Made by a program: the position numbers and the translations under genes
Shown here: positions 17,107 through 24,634 of the stretch, one piece after another
Position numbering within the stretch: position 1 is the first letter of the stretch
How the letters are laid out: every line of letters starts with the position of its first letter
Notes under the pieces: generated by a model
What the model was told of the DNA's origin: nothing
The model's database searches: none
The model's input: only the letters and a program-made list of their open reading frames with translations
From: Vampirovibrionales bacterium
GTDB lineage: Bacteria; Cyanobacteriota; Vampirovibrionia; Vampirovibrionales; JAJTHC01
Assembly: GCA_021299615.1 (NCBI GenBank)
Contig: JAJTHC010000027.1
Coordinates: 1 to 24,634, forward strand
Length of the DNA stretch: 24,634 nucleotides
Direction: 5' to 3'

Positions 17107-17660
17107 AAGCGAAGCATCTGCTACTTCAATGGGTGATTTAGCTGACTTAGCAAAAGATTTAACCCCAGTAGCAAATGAAGTTGTGTCTCCTTTTCTTTCA
17201 GGGAGAGGTCGTGTTGATGAAGGTTCATTTTTACTTGTTGGTTTATTACTTTCTTTAGGTGGGGAACAGGTGTTGGGGCTACTTTTGAGATCACGAAATA
17301 TTTTCCTTTAGGGTTGAAGTGTACATAAGAACGAACACTCTAATAAAGGAAGATTTAGAAAGATTGTTTTTTAATTGTTACAAAAGTAAACATATCGTGT
17401 ATTCTGAAAGGCGTTCCCGCAAAACAAAAGCGAAAAAGCCTACACTAATTTGACCGTTCAAGGTAAAAAAGGTTTGACTCACACGAATTAAATCATGCTT
17501 TCATAGTGCAAAATAAGAACAGAACAACATCCATATGTGTAAAGTATCAATATTTTAGTTTTGTTGCAAGATTAAAAGTAAATCCTAGCGTCTGTTTTTA
17601 TGAATACAGTCTCTTTATTTATGCTAAACTAAAACCTGTTGATACGAAAGGACTCCCACC

Positions 17661-18212
17661 ATGCCCTTAGCACTGCTAGACCATGATATAGACGGCGTAT
17701 TACTGCTGGACGGCGTTCGCTTTCAAGACGACCGTGGCTTTTTTGCCGAACTTTACAACCAAGCTCGTATGCCTGCTGAACTCCCGACCTTCGTGCAGGA
17801 CAATGCGTCTCTTTCCCTTGAAAAAGGCGTGTTAAGAGGCTTACATTTTCAAAAGGCTCCCTACGCTCAAGGCAAGTTCATCACCGTTTTGCAAGGGGCT
17901 ATTTGGGATGTTGTCGTTGATTTGCGAAAGGATTCTTCCACCTTTGGCAAGGCTTACGGCGTCGAACTTTCTGCTCAAAACAAGCGGCAGCTCTATGTGC
18001 CTGAAGGTTTTGCTCATGGCTTTGTCACCCTAGAAGCTCAAACGCTGGTGCATTATAAAACCACCGCTCCTTACACGCCGTCGCATGACAGCGGAATTCG
18101 TTGGAACGATACGACGCTTGCCATCGACTGGCATTTAGACGGCAATCGCCCGATTCTTTCCCCCAAAGATGAAACCCTTCCCTTCTTTGATGCCACTGCT
18201 TCCTACTTTTAA
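17661..18212 (+). CDS. rfbC: dTDP-4-dehydrorhamnose 3,5-epimerase
   Basis: 'DDRGFFAE', 'VQDNAS', 'GVLRGLHFQ', '[11 protein letters not shown]', 'PEGFAHGF', 'LSPKD'. Confidence 0.96.
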   Translation: MPLALLDHDIDGVLLLDGVRFQDDRGFFAELYNQARMPAELPTFVQDNASLSLEKGVLRGLHFQKAPYAQGKFITVLQGAIWDVVVDLRKDSSTFGKAYGVELSAQNKRQLYVPEGFAHGFVTLEAQTLVHYKTTAPYTPSHDSGIRWNDTTLAIDWHLDGNRPILSPKDETLPFFDATASYF

Positions 18213-18241
18213 ACCCAAAAACCCTTTTAGAGGACACTCAC

Positions 18242-19318
18242 ATGAACACTTCTTCACAAGCTCAACGTATACTCGTCACTGGCGGAGCAGGCTTTATCGG
18301 ATCCGCCCTCGTACGTTATCTCATCCAGTCCACGGAAGCTCACGTCCTTAACGTCGATGCCCTCACTTACGCCGCCAACCTTAATAGCTTGGCGGATGTG
18401 GCGTCGTCGCCTTGTTATACGTTTAAGCAAGTGAACATTACCGAAACCTCTGCTTTAAACGCCTTGTTTCAAGACTTTCAACCCACCAGCGTGATGCATC
18501 TCGCCGCTGAAAGTCATGTGGATCGCTCCATCGACGGACCTGCCGTCTTTTTAGATACGAACATCCTCGGGACGTTTTCGCTTTTAGAAGCCAGCCGTGC
18601 CTATTACGAAGGCTTGTCTCGTGAAGAGCAAAGCGGGTTTCGCTTCTTGCATGTGTCCACGGATGAAGTCTATGGCACGCTCGGCAAAGACGCCTTGTTC
18701 ACGGAAGAAACGCCGTATGCCCCTAATTCGCCGTATTCTGCCAGCAAAGCTAGCTCCGATTTTTTGGTGAGAGCGTGGCATCACACCTATGGCTTGCCTG
18801 TCTTGATGACGAATTGTTCCAACAATTACGGACCGTATCACTTCCCTGAAAAACTGATTCCGCTTATCATCATCAATGCCTTGCAAGGCAAGGACTTGCC
18901 TGTCTATGGCGACGGTTCTAATGTGCGTGACTGGCTCTATGTGGAAGATCATGTCAAGGGGCTGTATACCGTGCTTCAAACGGGTATCGTGGGGGAAAAG
19001 TATAACATCGGGGGGCATAACGAAAAAACGAACTTGGACGTGGTGCATACCTTGTGCGATACGTTGGATCAACAACGCCCCAAAGCCGACGGCACAAGCT
19101 TTCGCTCGCAGATCCGCTTTGTCACGGATCGTCCAGGGCATGACTTCCGCTATGCCATTGATGCGTCGAAGATTCAGCGAGAACTCGGCTGGGTGCCTGA
19201 AGAAAGCTTTGAATCAGGCATGGCTAAAACCGTGGACTGGTATTTGACTCGTCAAGACTGGTGGCAACTGATTTTAGACAGCACCTACAACACCCAACGC
19301 TTAGGTATAACTACCTAA
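18242..19318 (+). CDS. rfbB: dTDP-glucose 4,6-dehydratase
   Basis: '[10 protein letters not shown]', '[12 protein letters not shown]', 'HVSTDEVYG', 'YSASK', '[12 protein letters not shown]'. Confidence 0.97.
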   Translation: MNTSSQAQRILVTGGAGFIGSALVRYLIQSTEAHVLNVDALTYAANLNSLADVASSPCYTFKQVNITETSALNALFQDFQPTSVMHLAAESHVDRSIDGPAVFLDTNILGTFSLLEASRAYYEGLSREEQSGFRFLHVSTDEVYGTLGKDALFTEETPYAPNSPYSASKASSDFLVRAWHHTYGLPVLMTNCSNNYGPYHFPEKLIPLIIINALQGKDLPVYGDGSNVRDWLYVEDHVKGLYTVLQTGIVGEKYNIGGHNEKTNLDVVHTLCDTLDQQRPKADGTSFRSQIRFVTDRPGHDFRYAIDASKIQRELGWVPEESFESGMAKTVDWYLTRQDWWQLILDSTYNTQRLGITT

Positions 19319-19356
19319 ATCTATTTTATCAAATCAAAGAATAAATACTTTAAATT

Positions 19357-20424
19357 ATGCAACAAACACTTTTACCACTTCCTTTACTTCAAGTGCTGGC
19401 TTCAAAGAAGCCTTTAAAAAAATATCGCTTTGTCGATCTATGTGCAGGCATTGGTACAGGACGTCTAGGCTTAGAAAAAGCAGGCTTTGAATGCGTGGCG
19501 TATTCCGAAATTGATGCAAGTGCCACTTACCTATATGAACAATTGCACGCTGAAAAACATCCCAACCAAGGCGATTTAACCCTTATTTCTGCCGAGCAGT
19601 TGCCTTCTTGTGATTTACTGATCGCAGGATTTCCGTGTCAAACCTTTTCCATTGTAGGCAAACGCAAAGGCTTAGATGATGATCGAGGGCAAATTATTTA
19701 TCATTTGGTGCGTTTATTGAAAGCGAAGCAGATCCCCTATTTTATTTTAGAAAACGTCAAGGGCTTGGTGAATCTTCAACAGGGGGCTATTCTGAAAGAA
19801 ATTATCGCTACGCTTGAAGACGCTGGCTACAGTGTGCATTATCATGTCTTAAATAGTCTGGATTATGGCGTGCCTCAATCCAGAGAACGCATCTACTTTG
19901 TGGGGATTCGTCGAGATTTAGAGGTACAGCGTTTTGTGTTTCCTTCTCAACATAGAGAAATTCCATGTGCTTTAAAGGATTGCATAATAGAAACCGACGT
20001 CTCCTTTATTCTTCAAGAAAACACACCAAAGTATGATACGTTTTTACGTTATCTTCAAAATAAATACAATCAAGGGCAGTACAGCTTAGAAGAACTCTTG
20101 CGTCATGATTATTTGGTGTTGGACACACGCCAAAGCGACTTACGCCTTTATCAAGACAAAGTCCCCACACTGCGTACAGGTCGACATGGCATTTTGTATG
20201 TGAAAGACGCTCAATTACGAGCCTTGTCTGCCAAAGAAGCCATGCGTTTGCAAGGCTTTTCAGAAAGCTACATCGAACGACTTTCGGATTATGCCAATAC
20301 AGATTTACTTTCTAAAGTCGGCAATGCCATGAGTATTCCTGTGATTCAAGCCCTAGGCGAAGCGTTAATGCCTATTATGCAAGCCAATGAAACGAAACGC
20401 TTGGAGTCCACGAATGGAAATTAA
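19357..20424 (+). CDS. DNA (cytosine-5)-methyltransferase of a type II R-M system
   Basis: Motifs I (DLCAGIG, variant), IV (GFPCQ), VI (ENV), VIII (PQSRERIY), IX (EAMRLQGF) and X (GNAM). Confidence 0.93.
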   Translation: MQQTLLPLPLLQVLASKKPLKKYRFVDLCAGIGTGRLGLEKAGFECVAYSEIDASATYLYEQLHAEKHPNQGDLTLISAEQLPSCDLLIAGFPCQTFSIVGKRKGLDDDRGQIIYHLVRLLKAKQIPYFILENVKGLVNLQQGAILKEIIATLEDAGYSVHYHVLNSLDYGVPQSRERIYFVGIRRDLEVQRFVFPSQHREIPCALKDCIIETDVSFILQENTPKYDTFLRYLQNKYNQGQYSLEELLRHDYLVLDTRQSDLRLYQDKVPTLRTGRHGILYVKDAQLRALSAKEAMRLQGFSESYIERLSDYANTDLLSKVGNAMSIPVIQALGEALMPIMQANETKRLESTNGN

Positions 20425-21163
20425 TACCAAAGAACAAGCAAAAGGATCACAAACAGCGAGAGCAGGGTTTCAAAATGAAACCGATGTCATTGAAACCTTT
20501 AACGCATGGGAAACGAATACAATCGCTCAAGCGTGGCTTGAAAAAATGAATTATGTAATTGAAGACATTGAGTTTGTTCAGGCTGAAAAAATAAAAGGGT
20601 CTTTTAAAGCGGATATTCAAGTCAGGGTGACGATTAAGTTGAAATCTTTGTTGGATGTTCAAAACATTCAAGTCAAGCTTGTATCCAACAAAAAAGGATT
20701 TAACCAAATTGACAAACGCTGGGTTCATAAATATGTAGAACTTTGGCAAATCCCTGCTGAAGTCGAAACGCTTTTAAAGCATTATACAGGTGAATTACCT
20801 CCTTATCGTACGGATGTCAAAGATGCAAGACGTATGTTTATCGATGAGTTTACAGAAGAAGAACAAACCGTGTTGTCGAACTTCTTAAACACGCATAAGG
20901 TGTTAATTCTCTCTGATATTCTAAAAGGACGAGGCACATTTGCCGCAGAATGGATGTTAGTTGTTCGCAAAACCACGATTGAAGAATGGGTGCTTGAGCC
21001 AATCAATAAAGTCCTCGATTTTTATGCTCAAGGTGATGTACAATTTACCGAAAAAGGCAATATCAAAATCGGACGAGTCACCTGCCAACGCAAAGGCGGA
21101 GATGGCGGACGCAAAACAGCGAATATGCTTCAATTTAAAATAGACCCCACAACTTTATTTTAA
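20414..21163 (+). CDS. Type II restriction endonuclease, HinP1I-like (predicted GCGC)
   Basis: 'GSQTARAGFQNE', 'KADIQV', 'NIQVKLVSNKKGFNQIDKRW', 'GELPPY', 'QRKGGDGGRKTANMLQFKIDP' closely match R.HinP1I as I recall it. ATG 20414 has a GGAG RBS and overlaps the MTase stop. Confidence 0.85.
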   Translation: MEINTKEQAKGSQTARAGFQNETDVIETFNAWETNTIAQAWLEKMNYVIEDIEFVQAEKIKGSFKADIQVRVTIKLKSLLDVQNIQVKLVSNKKGFNQIDKRWVHKYVELWQIPAEVETLLKHYTGELPPYRTDVKDARRMFIDEFTEEEQTVLSNFLNTHKVLILSDILKGRGTFAAEWMLVVRKTTIEEWVLEPINKVLDFYAQGDVQFTEKGNIKIGRVTCQRKGGDGGRKTANMLQFKIDPTTLF

Positions 21164-21203
21164 TGCGAGTTCTTAAATTGAATTTGACTAAAAGGAAATC
21201 TCC

Positions 21204-22097
21204 ATGAAAAAACGTAAAGGCATTATTCTCGCAGGTGGATCAGGGACTCGTTTGCACCCTTGTACGCTGGCGGTGTCGAAGCAGTTGCTCCCCGTCTGGG
21301 ACAAGCCGATGATCTACTACCCCCTTTCGATGCTGATGAGTGCAGGCATTCAAGATATTCTGCTGATTAGCACGCCTCACGATTTGCCCCTCTTCAAGCG
21401 ATTGTTGGGTAACGGATCGCCATATGGCATCCACATAGAATACGCCGAACAGCCCGAGCCGAAGGGTTTGGCGCAAGCCCTCACCATTGGCGAGGCTTTC
21501 TTAGATGGGCATCCGTCTGCCATGATCTTAGGCGACAACTTGTTTTACGGAGCAACCTTGCCGACGCAGCTTCAACACATCAACCAGCAAAGCAAGGGGG
21601 CGACCGTCTTTGCGACACATGTAGACGATCCGCAACGCTACGGCATCGTTACGTTGGATGCCACAGGCAAGGCAACGTCGATTGAAGAAAAGCCTGAGCA
21701 TCCGAAAAGTTCGTGGGCGGTCACAGGCTTGTACTTCTTTGATGAGGAAGCCCCCGCGTATGCGAAAAGCTTGGCTCCTTCGGCTCGTGGGGAGTTTGAA
21801 ATCACCGATGTGAACCGTCTGTACTTGGAAGCAGGTACGTTGAATGTGGAAGTCTTGGGACGTGGTTCGGCGTGGTTTGATACGGGTACGCATGCGTCTT
21901 TATTGCAGGCGTCTCAATTTGTGCAAGCCATTGAAGAGCGTACAGGCATTAAAATCGCGTGCTTAGAAGAAATTGCCTATGAGCAAGGCTTTTTGGATCT
22001 CGATGCCCTAGAAAAGCAAGCGAATGCCTTGGGCAAAAGTGCCTATGGGCTTTATTTACAGCGTTATGCGAAAGAACAGGGCGTACTTCAAGTATAG
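21204..22097 (+). CDS. rfbA: Glucose-1-phosphate thymidylyltransferase
   Basis: 'GIILAGGSGTRLHP', 'SKQLLPVWDKPMIYYPL', 'LILGDN'-like 'MILGDNLFYG', 'EEKP', 'RGEFEITD', 'WFDTGT'. Confidence 0.97.
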   Translation: MKKRKGIILAGGSGTRLHPCTLAVSKQLLPVWDKPMIYYPLSMLMSAGIQDILLISTPHDLPLFKRLLGNGSPYGIHIEYAEQPEPKGLAQALTIGEAFLDGHPSAMILGDNLFYGATLPTQLQHINQQSKGATVFATHVDDPQRYGIVTLDATGKATSIEEKPEHPKSSWAVTGLYFFDEEAPAYAKSLAPSARGEFEITDVNRLYLEAGTLNVEVLGRGSAWFDTGTHASLLQASQFVQAIEERTGIKIACLEEIAYEQGFLDLDALEKQANALGKSAYGLYLQRYAKEQGVLQV

Positions 22098-22109
22098 GCG
22101 TGCTTTTCA

Positions 22110-22118
22110 TGGTATACT
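22110..22118 (+). promoter_or_regulatory. Extended -10 promoter element for lpxI-lpxB
   Basis: TG-g-TATACT, 45 nt upstream of the lpxI ATG. Confidence 0.45.
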
Positions 22119-22163
22119 TATTTAGATATACTCAACTAGTGACGGATATTTCCTAAGAATTTT

Positions 22164-23171
22164 ATGAGCGAAACGCCCTATTCCTACAACTTCAATGAGC
22201 TTCTTGCCGATGTCGAACCTTGGCAGGGGGATCCCTCGCATTTAGCCATCATCGCAGGAGAAGGGACGCTTCCCTTGCAAGCTGTGAAAGATGCCAAGCG
22301 TCAAGGCTACACCGTGCATGTCTTTGTGATTGGCGGAAATTGGCGAGAAATGGATCGCTACAAGTCCTTTGCGGATGTCGTGGAACCCTATCACTTAGGG
22401 CAATTACGACGCATGATGAACATCTTTAGGGGGCATCGTATTAAATATGTGTGCTTTGCAGGCAAGGTCAACAAATGGTTGCTGTTTACGCAACTGAACT
22501 TGGATAGCCTTTCTTTACGCCTGCTTCAAAAAATACCTCGTAAAAATGACGATGCCGTCATGCACTATATTATCGAAGGCTTGGCGTACTTGGGTATGGA
22601 AACCTTGCCTCAAGTGAAGTTTATGCAAGACTTGTTTCAGTCTGAAGGGATTTTAGCCGAAGGGCATCCATTGAGCGATGACGATTGGCTAGGGATTTGC
22701 TTTGGCTTTGACACCGCAAAAGCCATGGCGGCTTTAGATGTCGGGCAGACGGTGGTCGTGAATGAGACCATGGTGATTGCCATTGAAGCCATTGAAGGCA
22801 CCGATGAATGCTTGAAGCGAGCAGGCAAGCTTCAACGCAAGCAAGGGGGCATCGTGGCTAAAGTCGCCAAACCCTTTCAGGACGATCGCTTTGATGTGCC
22901 TGCTGTGGGCTTACGCACCTTGAAAACCATGCGAGACAACGGCTTAAACATTTTGGTTACAGAAGCAGGGTCGACCTTGTTTCTAGATTCATTCGATCGC
23001 ATGAAAGCCTATGCCGAAACGCATGGCATGACCTTACTTTCCGTCACCGAAGCAGGGCTTCAACCGTGGAGAGAACGCTTGGCTCAACGTCAAACCAAGA
23101 CAAACGCAACCCTTTCCCCTGCCTCATTAGAAGACGCGACATGTGAAAAAGGATCGACTTATGTCCACTGA
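22164..23171 (+). CDS. lpxI: UDP-2,3-diacylglucosamine pyrophosphatase LpxI (DUF1009)
   Basis: 'LAIIAGEGTLP', 'FAGKV.K', 'LDVGQTVVV', 'IEAIEGTD', 'KVAKPFQDDRFDVPAVG', 'EAGSTL'; adjacent to lpxB. Confidence 0.9.
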   Translation: MSETPYSYNFNELLADVEPWQGDPSHLAIIAGEGTLPLQAVKDAKRQGYTVHVFVIGGNWREMDRYKSFADVVEPYHLGQLRRMMNIFRGHRIKYVCFAGKVNKWLLFTQLNLDSLSLRLLQKIPRKNDDAVMHYIIEGLAYLGMETLPQVKFMQDLFQSEGILAEGHPLSDDDWLGICFGFDTAKAMAALDVGQTVVVNETMVIAIEAIEGTDECLKRAGKLQRKQGGIVAKVAKPFQDDRFDVPAVGLRTLKTMRDNGLNILVTEAGSTLFLDSFDRMKAYAETHGMTLLSVTEAGLQPWRERLAQRQTKTNATLSPASLEDATCEKGSTYVH

Positions 23172-24375
23172 TTCCCTTGAAACCATTGAACATTTGCTGA
23201 TTTGCACAGGCGATCCGTCGGCGGCTCATCATGCAGCGGACTTGGTGAAGGCGATTTTGGCTCGTCACCCTCAACTACGCATCACTGCCGTCGGCAATGA
23301 TGAATTGCAAGATGCAGGCGCCACCTTGCTGGCTCACCATGACGAGATCGGCATGGGGGGTTGGGGCATTGCGGCGGCACTTGCTGGCATTTGGGGGCAT
23401 TGGCAGTTGGCTCAAAAAATCAGACACTTTGTTTCAGAAGAACGAGTCGATCGTGTTCTGTTTATGGACTACAGTGGCTTTCATTTAAAATTAGCGAGAA
23501 TCCTTGTACGATTTTGTGACTTGCGTTATTACATTCCGCCTCAATTGTGGGCAAGTCGTCCGCAACGCATGAAAAGCATTGAAGCCTTTATCACCAAGGT
23601 TTACACGATTTTTCCCTTTGAAAATGACTTGTATCAGGATGCAGGCATCCCGCATTTATTTGTGGGGCATCCGTTGACACGCAGTTTGCCTGCACCCGTG
23701 AGCAAACATGAGTTTTGTGTGCGTCACTATTTTGAGGTCAGCCATCCTATTTTGGGACTATTCCCTGGTTCTCGAGTGGGGGAAGTCCAACGAATGTTGC
23801 CTGTCTTTGCACAAGCCTTAGCCAAAGTACACGAAGCCTTGGACGATAAAGGGCAAAGCTTGCAAATTGTGATGGCACAAGCCCCTAATTTATCCGATGC
23901 CTTCATCGAAAAAGCGGTGAAAAAAGCCTTTAAGCCGTTTCCTCAACTCAAGTTGACGATTTTAAAGGATGCGAATCATGCCATTTTATCGGCAAGCGAT
24001 GTGGTTTTGGGGGCGTCTGGCACGACAAGTTTAGAAGCCGCCTTGTACGAAACGCCCATGGTGATTGCTTATAAAGTCGATTGGATTAGTGCCATGGTGG
24101 CGAAACAGATCATTATGGTGCCGTTTATTGGTTTGCCTAATCTTTTGGTGCCGTTTGAACATGCCCCGATCTTACCTGAACGTCTGCAAGGCGGATGCAC
24201 CCCAACCCTACTCGCAAAAGACGTGCTAGACTTTTTGAATCCGCAGTCACCCGCATCTGAAAAAGCGAGAGAGGGCTTGGCGTATGTCAAGGCATCCTTA
24301 GGGGAAGGGGCGTCGTTAGATGAGTTTGTGGATGATCTCGTTTCGTTGGGCCAATATAGTTTTTTAAAAAGTTAA
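23161..24375 (+). CDS. lpxB: Lipid-A-disaccharide synthase
   Basis: 'TGDPSA', 'DYSGFH', 'YYIPPQLWASRP', 'FVGHPL', 'LFPGSR.GE', 'ASGTTSLEAAL..PMVIAY', 'GLPNLL'. ATG 23161 preferred over GTG 23143. Confidence 0.92.
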   Translation: MSTDSLETIEHLLICTGDPSAAHHAADLVKAILARHPQLRITAVGNDELQDAGATLLAHHDEIGMGGWGIAAALAGIWGHWQLAQKIRHFVSEERVDRVLFMDYSGFHLKLARILVRFCDLRYYIPPQLWASRPQRMKSIEAFITKVYTIFPFENDLYQDAGIPHLFVGHPLTRSLPAPVSKHEFCVRHYFEVSHPILGLFPGSRVGEVQRMLPVFAQALAKVHEALDDKGQSLQIVMAQAPNLSDAFIEKAVKKAFKPFPQLKLTILKDANHAILSASDVVLGASGTTSLEAALYETPMVIAYKVDWISAMVAKQIIMVPFIGLPNLLVPFEHAPILPERLQGGCTPTLLAKDVLDFLNPQSPASEKAREGLAYVKASLGEGASLDEFVDDLVSLGQYSFLKS

Positions 24376-24397
24376 ACAGTGGATTTTTCCCCATCTC

Positions 24398-24553
24398 ATA
24401 CCATTTAAACGGTTAAATAATTTCCCCTACAGTGTCTATACTTTGTCGCTACGATTATTTTGTTCAGTCATGTAGGTCTATCTACACTTCTTCACAAAAT
24501 AATCTAGGCTCCTCGTCTAGCCTACTGTACAGAAAACTCTAAACTTAGCGATA
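24398..24553 (-). mobile_element. Copy 7 of the 150-bp element, inverted
   Basis: Reverse complement of the full core, near-identical to copies 2 and 5 internally, with different outer arms. Confidence 0.9.
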
Positions 24554-24559
24554 TACGAT

Positions 24560-24586
24560 AAAACCCTTCTTTATCAGAAGGGTTTT
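24560..24586. terminator. Bidirectional intrinsic terminator-like hairpin
   Basis: aaaacccttct-ttatc-agaagggtttt: perfect 11-bp stem with A/T tails. Confidence 0.7.
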
Positions 24587-24634
24587 GGTAAATCTTATTG
24601 AAGCATCTGGCTTGCAATTAGCCGATGCAATTAA

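Noticed and set aside
16952-17311. 119-aa plus-strand hydrophobic ORF
   Set aside because: Antisense to the S/T/P/K-rich minus-strand frame that belongs to the RBS-supported tandem pair; no RBS of its own.
18584-19141. 185-aa minus-strand ORF (and similar 60-120 aa ORFs overlapping fliI, the symporter, mlaE, rfbA, REase and lpx genes)
   Set aside because: Shadows of well-supported genes on the other strand or frame.
24587-24634. Possible 3' end of a minus-strand gene at the window edge
   Set aside because: Too short to determine frame or identity.

Overview
Mostly housekeeping chromosome of a flagellated diderm bacterium; the gene style tentatively suggests Vampirovibrionia/Melainabacteria (inference, not verified). 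Contents in order: 5' part of clpB, flgB and an FlgF/G-family rod gene, a DAACS symporter, fliI, an M23 peptidase, folB, a GH8 glucanase, lipB, recA, mlaE, two tandem paralogous hypothetical genes (one apparently frameshifted), rfbC-rfbB, a HinP1I-like (GCGC) type II restriction-modification pair sitting between rfbB and rfbA, then lpxI-lpxB. The most striking feature is not in the ORF track: a ~150-bp, TATA-ended, multi-stem intergenic repeat with 7 copies plus one solo arm. Its architecture resembles ERIC/Correia elements, its stems are re-sequenced between copies while still pairing, its arms are mosaic, and its orientation follows the direction of transcription. Also seen: two other REP-like palindromes next to copies of that repeat, a higher-order 9-bp tandem array upstream of a sigma28-like promoter, and apparent strong GCGC depletion. 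No rRNA, tRNA, CRISPR array or transposase was recognised.
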